A DNA stretch of 64,000 bases from Mytilus trossulus (Eukaryota), in assembly GCF_036588685.1 (NCBI RefSeq), contig NC_086380.1, positions 74,896,001-74,960,000 on the forward strand, written 5' to 3'. Below, piece by piece: positions 11,304 to 23,231 of the stretch. The notes below the pieces were generated by a model. That model saw only the letters and a program-made list of their open reading frames with translations, was not told the origin of the DNA and searched no databases. Numbering within the stretch: the stretch's first letter is position 1; each line of letters starts with the position of its first letter. A program made the translations under genes and the position numbers.

Positions 11304-12473
11304 ACTAAATTAATCCTGGTACATTTGATAACAATTAGTTATCGTGAGAAGTATGAAAAATGTTATTCTATATATAAAACGTCTGCAACTTACTGCTGAA
11401 TAAATTCATATATATGTACCCCATATCCTTTGTTTTCTATCACCGGTATATTCGACATTTTATGATGCAATTCTAAATATTAGAACTGTGCAGGATTTAA
11501 CAAAATATTTCGTTGTCATATTTTCCTCATTATATTACAAAATTGAACAAGGATTCTACAACCAACTTTAAGTGTGAATATATAGGACGCATAGATCTAA
11601 AGATGAAGATAGAGATGTACAAAAAAATCTTAATGTGGAAATTAGCAACCTTTTAGTTTTATTTAGACAATATATGCTGTTTAATTTACTATCTTTTTGA
11701 TTTCGAAGGGTGATAATAGTAAATTTGAAAGATTCTGATAGTGGAGTGTATGTATGTAAGGCTTCTAATTCGGCGGGGACAGAAACCAGTAGTGGTACGC
11801 TCAGGTTTACAACAGGTAATAATTACATTAGATGTATGTTTCATAATAATACTGTATTTTGATTGGCTAACTGCACATCACGTGTTATTCTGTAGGCAAT
11901 TGCATCACTCAATAACACTTTTCATTCATGATAGCATATGGTCCCACAATAAAGTGCACAGGCGAATAACATACAAAATTGATAAAATCCGTGTGTTTAT
12001 GGTCATAGCTAAAAAATGTAATTATAAGTATTGAATGCTTCTTTTTATAACTTTATAGGGTTGTAAAAGCGTTGACCGAATTACATTTTGTATGAAGCGC
12101 GGAACACCCCAATAAATTTACAAAAAGAAGCATTCAATTCTTAAATAATTTGGTGAATGAAGTGATAGTGTTTACTTACTTTTGAACATAGTAAAATTCT
12201 TAAGTTTCAAAATTTTATAAAATTCAGACAGGAAAAGACTAAAAGTATCAACAACTTATATGATTTTATAGAAAATATACGAGAAAAAATAGTTATATGT
12301 AACAATGAAAAAAAAAAACCTTTCAAATTAAAGTTACATTGTATGAAATTGTGTCATTTGATAGACAAGATTTTTAACCTACAATCAATATACTGGATAA
12401 TCCCCGCTTGTCATTTATAAACACATATAAGGTAATGGAAATATATTTTTTTTCTTCGTGAAAACAGGTTTTT

Positions 12474-12682
12474 ATGTGGATTCTTTTTTTTCGTGGGTAC
12501 CAATTTTCGTGGTTCGAGGAAAACTTGCATATTCGTGGATATCTAATTTCATGGTTTTGGCAAAGTCTACCCGCATTCCTTTAGAAAATTCGTTATTCGT
12601 TGAACATTTGAATTCGTGATTCTCCTGTACCCACGAAATCCACGAAAATTTGTACCCAACGAATATAAATGAATCCACAGTA
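12474..12682. mobile_element. MITE with long TIRs (Tc1/mariner-like)
   Basis: tgtggattc...ttcgtgggtaccaattttcgtgg pairs with ccacgaaaatttgtacccaacgaa...gaatccacagta. Confidence 0.6.
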
Positions 12683-14947
12683 TAACTAATCTGTTAACTG
12701 AAACGATATATATGTGTCTTAATTAACGAGTCATGTTGATCTAGGATTCGCCAGAATTCGTCTAATTTGTAAATCTACATACATATCACAGAGACATTAC
12801 GTCGACTGGTTCCTTCAATGTTTTCACTTTGTTCGTATTTTAAAAATAGATTGTCGAGATTTTAACTTCAGTTAGTACAGCTTTATAAATACACGATATT
12901 TCTTTACTCTTTTGCAGATTGCTTATCTAGTGCAGTTGAAGCGAAATATTGTTTCATGCGAATACAAAAAAATAAAGGTATTTTAAAACCTGCAAATACC
13001 ATTCCTTTATCATTTGTTTTTTTCAAGATAATTGATAAAAATAGAAATAAATGGAATACGTATTAATCAAAATGCGAAATCCAGGAGAAAAAGCAGAATC
13101 CATCAACACAAATGAAATTACCATATGTGAACGTTAAAAGACTATACTATACGGTTAGTCTATTTATTCACTGGGCAAAACATGTGTTCGTACATGTCAC
13201 ATTTCAAGATCTCAATTAATTAAATATATTGAAAAGTAAAAAAAATAAGAACTCCGAGGATTGTTTTAAACGAAAAGTCCTTTATCAAATGAAAAGAAGA
13301 AGCCCAAACACAACAAGCGAATGGAAAAAAGGTCATATTTCTTCGCGACACTGAACAAATATTTCTTTATGTAGAAAATAGTGGATTACACCTGGATAAC
13401 AAGCACTTTAGGGTTTCAATACTTTAACTCTGGGCAATGTTGAGTTAAATATATGGTTATAACAATGATGTGGATGGTTCTTATATTATAGTGAAGAGGT
13501 GCTCTCATAATGCATTATAGTTTCAAGATTGTAGTATAATGTACACCAATCAGATGTATCTTCCTGTACTCTTTTTTTTCCAGTTCAATTGTGGTTCGTA
13601 TTTAGGTTTGCTTTCAGTCATACATTAAAATTCTTGTTTCGTTGTTTACCGAATGTCAATAATTTAATTAATTATTGTGATATGTACTCAGCGATGTACA
13701 TTCAACTTAAGGAAATATGCTACGACAGAGGTAAATATAAAGAGTGGTAATATCATCTTATGTTGGTGTAGAATGATTTGATTTCGTATTCAATTAGAGA
13801 GGAATCTAAAGAGGAAAACATACCCAGCCACGTCAACTTGTATTATTGTCCATCTGATGACTTAAGCCTTTTTACAACTGATTTTTATAGTTCGTTCTTT
13901 TGTTGTACTGTTTTACCACTGTTTAAAGTTAGAAGACGGTTGTGATCCCGCTAACATGTTTAACTCCGCCACATTATTTATGTGTGTTCCTGTCCTAAGT
14001 CAGGAGCCTGTTATTCAGTGGTTGTTGTTTATTCTGTGTTATATATTTGTTTTTCGTATTTTTTTATATAAATAGGACTTTTAATTTTCTCGTTTAAATT
14101 GTTTTACATTAGTAATTTTGGGGCCCTATATAACTTGTTGTTCGGTGTGCGACAAGGCGCAGTGTTGAAGGCCGTACATTGACCTATAATGGTTTACTTT
14201 TATAAATTATTATTTGAACGGAGAGTTGTCTTATTGGCACTCACACCAGATCTTCCTATATCTATTTAAGTAACAAAATATGTCAGTACTGACGTTCTGA
14301 CTACTGAGTTCGTGAAATCAATAGGAACTACACTATCTATTGGGGATAGAAGTCCTAGTAGTCTTGGGCACTTGATGTCACAATAGAGATTTCTATTCGC
14401 CGTTTCAGAACCTAATGCATTATGGGTAATATTTTCAAAAGCGTACACCAAAACGTTGTGATTGGTTAAAATCGTTCTAAACAATGTAAATTCAACCAAT
14501 GACATAACGGTTTTTTTTTTCTCATTTTGGTGTAAAGAACAATGAGATTAACTATAATCCTTTAAATTCCGAAAAGGCAAATTGGTTTATTGTTCCTATT
14601 TCTTTATTTTCAATACTGAGATTTCATATTTGTCATGGCCGTTATTGGATTTTAGTTTCGTAATCAATATTTAAAAATATAAAAAACAAAGATATGGTGT
14701 ATAAATGTCAATGAGTCAACTATTGACAAAGTTAGAATGATATAATTGTAGGCAATTAAAGGCAACTGCACGGGGTTTAGATTTAGATTTAGAAAACTAA
14801 CAGCATAATTCATAACAAAATCATTAACGGAAAACAAAATATGACCGAAATGATTCAACGACAACCACTGAACTACAAACTTCTGAGTTTGGACAGGAAC
14901 ATATAGAATGTGACGGGATAAAATCCTTTTGTAAACGCTCAAACTTC

Positions 14948-17196
14948 CCCTTACACAGTGATGTAACAGAAGAAACCATTAAAATCAGTCTTAAAAGACA
15001 AACTTGTCATAAGGATGCAAATAGAAACAAAGACAAAATACAAAGTGAACATGTACGGGCACTTATACATCCCAAAATTAAAATAACACCAAAAACAGAG
15101 TTCTCGCAGTCATGGACAGACAATTCAAGGCGAATAAAGCCTTTTTATAACATCATGATGTATAGTTCTGGATGCGTACGATAGTTTGTTATATATCAAA
15201 GGTAAACATATAGATATAGGAAGATGTGGTGTGAGTGCCAATGAGACAACTCTCCATCCAAATAACAATTAAAACCAACAAAAAAAAACAACAACATCCT
15301 CCGGGTGCGGGAATTTCTCGCTACATTGAAGACCTTTTGGTGACATTCTGCGGTTGTTTTTTTTTTATTTGGTCGGGTTGTTGTCTCTTTGACACATTCC
15401 CCATTTCCATTCTCAATTTCATGTAAATACACATACAACATACATGCTACTATTTATGCATCTATCTAGGTGTGATTAACTATAGGTGTTCTTTTTAATT
15501 TTTGTGTCGTTCGGATTGTGTCGCAATTCATTTGAAACGAATAAGATATATGATATGAGTGCTTATGAGCTACTCTCCATCTAAGTAAAGCCGTTGAAAA
15601 TGTTTACAACTATATTTCAAAATATAGCCTTCATCTCAGAGCCTTGATTCACAACAAACAGCAAGATATAAACGACGAGTGTAAATCAAACGAAAAAGGA
15701 AAACCAACGGTCTAATCTATAAAAAAAAATAAGTAACGATAAACACCAATCATCATTAACAACAAATAACAACCACAGAACGACATGCACAAGTCTTAGG
15801 ACTTGAGCATAAACATGCACCGGGTTTAAACGTTGAACTTGCACCAACCTTCACCCTCACCTGTGAGAGAATGATTTTTGTGATAGTGTCTCTTTTTCAA
15901 TGTGTGTTGTAATATATTATTAATGATTGACTGAATATAAATTGTCGAGCATTTATCGAAACTAAGACCTTACACCTATGCTTGGAACAATACGTAATTT
16001 TTAAGGAGTTATTTTATTGTTTAAATAGTAGTAACATTAATTCTACATTTTTCTAATGATGGTTTATCATAAGTCTCTACATAAATAACTAGTCTGGTAT
16101 CTAAAACAAAGTTTGGGGAAATGAACATCCCCTTTCACAGTGATGTAACAGTAAAAAAATAGAAGAAACCATTAAAATCAGTCTTAAAAGACAAACTCGT
16201 CATAAGGATGCAAATAGAAACAAAGAAAAAATACAAAGTGAACATGTACGGGCACTTATACATCCCAAAAATAAAATAACACCAAGAACAGAGTTCTCGC
16301 AGTCATGGACAGACAATTCAAGGCGAATAAAGCCTTTTTATAATATCATGATGTATAGTTTTGGATACGTACGATAGTTTGTTATATATCAAAGGTAAAC
16401 ATACAGATATAGGAAGATGTGGTGTGAGTGCCAATGAGACAACTCTCCATCCAAATAACAATTAAAACTAAAAAAAAAACCAACATACATGTAAATGACA
16501 TACAACATACATGCTACTATTTATGCATCTATCTAGGTGTGATTAACCATAGGTGTTCTTTTTAATTTTTGTGTCGTTCGGATTGTGTCTCAATTCATTT
16601 GAAACGAATAAGATATATGATATGAGTGCTTATGAGCTACTCTCCATCTAAGTAAAGCCGTTGAAAATGTTTACAATTATATTTCAAAATACAGCCTTCA
16701 TCTCAGAGCCTTGATTCACAACAAACAGCAAGATATAAACGACGAGTGTAAATCAAACGAAAAAGGAAAACCAACGGTCTAATCTATAAAAAAAAAATAA
16801 GTAACGATAAACACCAATCATCATTAACAACAAATAACAACCACTGAACGACATGCACAAGTCTTAGGACTTGAGCATAAACATGCACCGGGTTTAAATG
16901 TTTAACTTCCACCAACCTTCACCCTAACCTGAGACAGAATGATTTTTGTGATAGTGTCTCTTTTTCAATGTGTGTTGTAAAATATTATTAATGATTGACT
17001 GAATATAAATTGTCGAGCATTTATTGAAACTAAGACCTTACACCTATGCTTGGAACAATACGTAATTTTTAAGGAGTTATTTTATTGTTTAAATAGTAGT
17101 AACATTAATTCTACATTTTTCTAATGATGGTTTATCATTAGTCTCCACATAAATAACTAGTCTGGTATCTAAAACATAGTTTGGGGAAATGAACAT
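14948..17196. repeat. Recent tandem duplication of about 1.07 kb (14948-16127 and 16128-17196)
   Basis: Both copies run from cagtgatgtaacag...gaaaccattaaaatcagtc to gtttggggaaatgaacat with few differences. Copy 1 has an extra 122-bp repeat fragment at 15298-15419. Confidence 0.9.
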
Positions 17197-17495
17197 ACGT
17201 GTTTTCACTCTTCTTGTTCGTTAATAAAGCTACACTAACAAAACGAATTTATAAATAAATGGAATTTATTTTTAATCGCTCACGAGGTTTACGATTTAAA
17301 AAAACTTTTCTAAAATTGTCCGTTAATAAATTTTGAAATTTTTAAGAAACTAATGTTTCAACTCCCTCAGGCAAAGTTGACTTTAAAATAATTTGGCTAT
17401 TTATTTTAGGTATTTTTGGCTTTGGGCGTTCATGATAAAAGTAAATCCAGAAAAGCGCTTCGAACGTATGAAATTATTAAACGTGTTGTTTTCAA

Positions 17496-18445
17496 TTTTT
17501 ATACGCCCGTCGTCTTTTAGACGGGACGTATTATGGTATACCGTTGTCCGTCCGTCCGTCCGTCGTCCACACTTCGGACAATAACTCAAAAACACTTTCA
17601 CCAATTTCCATGAAACTTAAGTGAATTGTTTATATCTATTGACATAAGCTCCCTTTCATTTTTTTTTAAATTTCAGATTTTAAGTTTTGGATTTATGGGG
17701 CTTTATTCATAAAAAAGGGGGGATTTTCAACAGTTCGGACAATAACTCAAAAAGGCTTTCACCAAAGTCCATGAAACTTTGGTGAATTGTTTATATCTAT
17801 TGATGTAAGCTCCCTGTCAATTTTTATAAAATTCAGATTTAAAGTTTTGGATTTATGGGGCTTTATTCATAAAAAAGGGGGATTTTTAACACTTCGGACA
17901 ATAACTCAAAAAGGCTTTTACCAATGTCCATGAAACTTTGGTATAATGTTTATATCTGTCAATGTAAGCTAACTTTTAATTTTTATAAAATTCAGATTTT
18001 AAGTTTTGGATTTATGGGGCTCTATTCATAAAAAAGGGGGATTTTTAACACTTCGGACGATAACTGAAAAAGGCTTTCACCAATGTCCATGAAACTTTGG
18101 TATATTGTTTATATCCATTGATGTTAGCTCTCTTTCATTTTTTAAAAATTTCAGATTTTACATTTCCGTGTTATGAATTTTTATGCTTAAAAAAGGAGGG
18201 ATTTTCCAATTTTGGGACAATAGCTAACACTTTCACAAAATTTTATGCAACTTTGATAAATTGTTTATATCTATTGACCTTAATAAAGCCAATTTTTTGG
18301 TGCATTTTTATTTATTATTTGGGGGGGGGGGGGGTATTTGACAGGGCTCACACTATTTCTAGTTGATCATATAAATTCATTTAAAGCATAAAAGACAAGT
18401 TAAAAGAGCAACGGGCGTATCATGCGCTAAAGTGCAGCCCTTTAT
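17496..18445 (+). mobile_element. Helentron-type non-autonomous element (HINE/DINE-1-like) with a core tandem repeat of about 160 bp
   Basis: T-run, subterminal IR ATACGCCCGT (17501-17510) and ACGGGCGTAT (18411-18420), 5' hairpin cccgtc/gacggg, (GTCC)n microsatellite, about 4.5 units of 159-161 bp, 3' stem-loop tgcgctaaagtgca, then a T-run. Confidence 0.85.
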
Positions 18446-19003
18446 TTTACATCACTGGATCGATACCTCTGCTGGTGTACTATAAGTTCCTGAGGATATC
18501 ATCAGTAGTCAGTACGTCGGTACTGACATGGTTAAACAAACTTTTAAAAAATTATCCGACTCTTTTTCATCTAAAGAGTTGACGAATCATTTTATATAAA
18601 CTAGTAATATTTCCAGGAATAATATGACCACATTTTAATTACGTTTATTTATTAAAAAATAAATGCTGCTTTGTATACAGAAAATCAAAGAGAAAACTTG
18701 ATATAATACAACAATATGCACGCACCGACAATTGTTCAAACCTTAGAGACTTGAAATTACTATTTGTGCAGTAATGTTTTGTCTCTTGTTTTTATGAAAT
18801 AATGATGTTCAATTAAGTTATCTTGTCGTGCATGTAGGAGAACATAGGTATTTTATATACAATTTCAAAGTCAAACTTTATTTTCTTCAATTAAGAATTC
18901 TTATTGAATTCTTTTCAAACCCATACTGATATCTTTTTTTTCAAGTCTAACAAATATGTTTTTACCTGAATAGTTATAAAAAGTACCAGGATTATAATTT
19001 AGT

Positions 19004-19047
19004 ACGCCAGACACGCGTTTCGTCTACATAAGACTCATCAGTGACGC
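19004..19047 (-). ncRNA. Type I minimal hammerhead ribozyme, intact core, in retrozyme fragment 18970-19115
   Basis: Minus strand reads GCGUCA-CUGAUGA-GUCU(uaugu)AGAC-GAAA-C(gcgu)GUC-UGGCGU. Confidence 0.85.
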
Positions 19048-20115
19048 TCATATCAAAATATGTATAAAGCCAAACAAGTACAAAGTTGTAGAGCATTGAG
19101 GATCCAAAATTCTGAAAAGTTAAAGTTTAATAATCATTTGTTTAAGGAGAAATGGTTTCAAATTACATTCCTTGTACATTTATGCTATGTTAGACACTAT
19201 ATTGATATATTTCCAGCAAATTCGAACTCAGACCATAATCCTGTGCCATTGTGAATGCAATTTGTTTCAGAATCTAAATGGTTATAATTGGCATTCTATA
19301 CAAAAATAAAGACCTGGTGCAATTTAGCAACATAACTTTTGCAAAAAGAAAAGATCTACCGCAAATTTATAAACTTTATCTTTTATATATCTCGTCTTTT
19401 ATATCTCTCGTGTTTTACATCCTGAGATCACCCCCTAGTTTTTGGTGGGGTTCGTGTGGTTTATTCTTTAGTTTTCTATGTTGTTTCATATGTACTATTG
19501 TTTTTCTGTTTTTCTGTTTGACTTTTTCATTTTTAGCCATGGCGTTGTCAGTTTGTTTTAGATGTATGAGTTTGACTGTCTCTCTGGTATCTGCCGTCCC
19601 TCTTTTATACGTGTGTATATTTTTCTATTTGACGGCATTTTGTTTCAGACTATGGTTGTTTTTGACATCTCACACCTAATTTTATTATTTCGTATTTACA
19701 TTGTGTCGTAAATCAAATTTATTCGCTCGATGTATATTCACTTGTTTGTGTTAATATGTCTTTTGATTGAGTTAAGCCATTACAATTGATATTTTATAGT
19801 TGGCTTTTCTATGGTGTGATGTTACATGACTGTTTCTGGAAAAGGTAAAGGTTGTTACCTATAAAAACGTTTGAACCCACTGAATTTGTTTGCATCCGTC
19901 CTTATACAGAAACCTGATGTTTAGTGGTTGTCGGTTGTTGGGCTGTTTCTTGTTTCTTGTTTTTTACACAGATTGTACCGTTGGTTATTCCCATTTGAAC
20001 AGTTTTAGAGTCTAGTCACTTTGGGACCCTTTATAGCTTGCTGTTTGTTGTGAGCCAAGACTACGTATTCAAGACCGTACTTAGACCTATAATTTGTTGG
20101 CACTCATAAAAGAAA

Positions 20116-20432
20116 GCCGTGGTGTAGTGGTTAGTGCATCGGACTACTAACACAAAGGTTCCTGGTTCGATTCCCGTTAAGGAACTTAATTTTCGGCTCT
20201 CCCTCGACACCATTTGCGGGTATGGTCTTGATGAAACGATGATAGTCCGTCGGAAGGGGACGATAAATAGCTGACCCGTGTTAAGAGAGAGCCATAACTC
20301 TTGCACGTTAAAGACATCCTTGTAGATTTTGAAAAAGAGTAGGATAATGCCGCTACAAGGCAGCACTCACACCCGCAAAATGAAAAGGGATTGATATAAG
20401 ATGCAAAACTTGTTTCCCAATCCACTATAGAT
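20116..20432 (+). mobile_element. tRNA-derived SINE with Meta-domain-like body
   Basis: A box TGGTGTAGTGG, B box GGTTCGATTCC, then a body containing gcacgttaaagaca. It interrupts the host repeat at ggcactcata|ccacatc. Confidence 0.75.
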
Positions 20433-20739
20433 AACTATGTTTAGACCACATCTTTTTACATACATTTTACAACATTGGGTTTCCCTGAATAATCCTATAG
20501 TCTAATATATAACTTTCACCCATGTTGACAATCACTATTTTGTAAATAACAAGTGTTAAAACGGGCATATCGTCTATTTATTCATAAAAAACAAATAGTG
20601 TTTTCAGTTGTCATACTTTTGTGAAGATAAACAGCTTTTTTACGCCTCGAAAGTTCAAATAAAGGAATAAAGAAAACATGTCAATGTTTTGTATAGTATT
20701 ATTAAATTCATTATCCAAAATTGCATTATCATTTATAAA

Positions 20740-21300
20740 AAAATGTCGAATAATGGCGCAGCTTGATATGACTGCAAAGGTGAACTCTGAACAGTTGGGA
20801 AAAGATACAGCTCTGAATTTGGATTGTGGTTAAATATCTGACACAACATAGGTTTCTGTTACAGAATGATGTGGTCTAGTTGAACTTGAAAAAATCAAAT
20901 TTACCTATTATGGGCCAATATCTAAAATTTAAATACACGATTTGACTCAGCATATCAAAGAATCCGAAACATTTAAACAAGGTTTAATTTTGGACCCTTT
21001 TGACCTTAATGTAGACCAATTTAAAACAGGACCTCTAATCCAAAATATAAATAAATGTTTAGATTCAGCATATCAAAGAACCCTTAGATTTCAATTTTTG
21101 TTAAAATCATGCACAAGGATAATTTTGAACCCTTTGGACCTCATGTGAACCAATTCAAAAACAAGGCCCAAATTTCTAAAACTTAATACACGGTTAGATT
21201 CAGCATTTAATCGAACCCCAAGAATTCAAAAATAGAACTCCATTGATATTGGTCAAGAAATGAGCAATCTTTACCAAGTATTAGAAAAGTCTTGGTTTTT
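20740..21300. repeat. Satellite-cored dispersed repeat (units of about 115-120 bp, ttagattcagcatatcaaagaacc)
   Basis: The motif recurs at about 20940, 21060 and 21195. Inverted multi-unit copies lie at 29760-29930 and 30640-31430. Confidence 0.7.
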
Positions 21301-21369
21301 TGCCACTTTTTTTTTTTATCCCAATTCACCCTCAAAATTAATGTATATAATACTACCATAAAAGATTAA

Positions 21370-22600
21370 ATGTGAAATACCTGAACGCATAAGATGTCTG
21401 CATGTTTATTTATATTTACGAATAATCGATGGTAAAATTGAGTAAATAATTGAAAAATCATCTCTTTTGTCATAAATTTTGGTATTTTAAGCATTCCGCT
21501 AAAGATAAATATACCAAGATCCAGGAAAGAGCAGTGTTCATTGATAGTTTTAGCTTTATTTGATTTCAAATCGGCAGGATAAATTTCTTTATTATACATA
21601 CTGCAGGCTGCATTATTGAAAACCAATATATCATCCAATTATCTAAAAGTATTTTCAATTAATTTGAAATCAGATGTTGTTTCGATGGGTCTTTGCTGAT
21701 TTTAATCATAAATTGTAACTCATAACAATACAGAAACATGTCTGCAATAAGTGGTGCACAGTTTGTTCCCTTGAAATAACGATAACTTTACGATATACAG
21801 AATCTCGATAGCGATCAAAATGTTATCAAGTGAAAAATCAAGAGCAGTTAAGTATCAAAGCAGGTCCAATTGACATAGTTTTTTTTGTTTGGTGTTACTT
21901 CAATATGACATAAAAGAGTTTCAAAATATATGTTCGCATTCTGACTTTTTAAATGTCCATTTTATGAGGTGAGTGAATTTTTCTTAATAAAATTATAAGT
22001 CATAGTGGTAGATAGGGTTGAAAAATTAAAAATTTGAACAGATTTAAAATCACTAATATAAGCATGTAATTTATCAAGTACTTCCAACAAATTTTTTACA
22101 GTCCAAAATTAAGGTTATTAATTCCACTATTCTTAAAGGCCTTATTTGAACAATTTATTATCAGGTTTTTGATTGTATCAAGTGAACTAGTAAGTAGAAT
22201 ATATATTTTAGAAGTGGAACAATGGCTTGAAGACATAATAAATCTACATTTTAAGGAGTTTTGTGCAGCTTCAAATGCCAGTACATAGTTGGAACTTTCT
22301 TTTTTTTCTTTCTGCTTGTAAAGAAGTAGCTTTTTTCCGATAATGGAGTCAGTTGAAATGAAGGTGAATTCGTGATTCCCTTTTGCGGAACCTCAATGTA
22401 AAATTTACATCAAACAATAATGATATTATTAGCAGCCTTAACATCCGGGAATAAAAAAAATATCCTTTACGAGTTCTTTTAGCTTATGTTTGATATGAGA
22501 AATAGGGCTATTATGGTTGATGTACTGAATTAAAAATAGAATCTAAGGATTTCTTTTCAGCTTGCGTTTTATCCATTTTGAACAGTATGTATGAATGTAT
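21370..22600 (-). mobile_element. Decayed Penelope-like element reverse transcriptase
   Basis: Minus-strand motifs in the expected order: MYWHLKLHKTP (~22270), FNFSTLST (~22020), GTNCAPLIADMFLYCYE (~21750), DDILVFNN...EIYPADL...FLDL (21366-21638). Stops and frameshifts throughout. Confidence 0.85.
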
Positions 22601-23231
22601 GTACCGTATGGCACAATGACAAGCTCAAAATTTTATTCTTAAATACGAAATATTTCATCTGCCTAAAAGTCCAACACTGAATATAGAGCCCTTATCAACG
22701 CAGCCTGTGTAAGTTATTTGAACAACCTATAAAAGACAAATTAACCTGCTAATTATCAAACGTGTGTTAGTATAGTAACTGATAAATCCTCTTTTACTTT
22801 CATCTGGATCCGTGACATAATAAAAATGCCGTTAGACGAAAAAAAAAAAACTAATATATTTTAACTCACTGGTGTAATTGCAATTGCCTGCAGACGTCTC
22901 GCTCTCTTAAATTAATTATGAGCTAAGTTATTACAACATTTTCATTTCAATGTTGAGTTCAATCGTGGAAAGACGTTTTTTATAAGGTTTAATTGAAAAT
23001 AAAATCTTTAAAAAAACATGTTTTAATTTAAATGCCTTTAATTTGACTTCGTTAAATGCGCACACAATTGCTATTTTATTTCATTTTGACAACTGTTGCA
23101 ATAGAATACCCTATATTTGAATTAACTGCAGTTTATCGAATGGATCAAAATTAAATGAATTTTCAGTATTTTTCGAAAATTTAAAACTTAACATTTAATA
23201 TCAAAATAAATATTCATTGTTTCAGACAGTC

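Larger units (their letters stand above)
9193..12977 (+). pseudogene. Secreted immunoglobulin I-set domain gene, disabled. Exons 9193-9256, 10616-10788, 11709-11815, 12918-12977; possible further exon 13584-13730
   Basis: Signal peptide MMVGFTFNVFMLCCTFVIATHG; Ig motifs AMLFCE/DPLPDYEWFKDG and DSGVYVCKASNSAG; splice phases match. The exon 1 donor reads GAAAGA instead of GT, and exon 2 is frameshifted near 10692. Confidence 0.75.
18600..21300 (+). repeat. Left arm of a large diverged inverted duplication (partner 29750-34142)
   Basis: Reverse-complement anchors: 18600-18650/34095-34142; 18862-18960/33088-33182; 19200-19290/32955-33045; 19295-19350/32325-32385; 20480-20636/31515-31680; 21150-21290/29760-29900. 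Confidence 0.8.

Noticed and set aside
11741-12034. 97-aa ORF from the track
   Set aside because: It is the wrong frame over the Ig exon and reads through into intronic repeat sequence.
19278-19679. 133-aa membrane-like ORF
   Set aside because: It spans T-rich repeat fragments and is not preserved in the other arm of the inverted duplication.
20116-20185. tRNA gene
   Set aside because: A and B boxes are present, but there is no convincing acceptor stem and the sequence continues into a SINE body.
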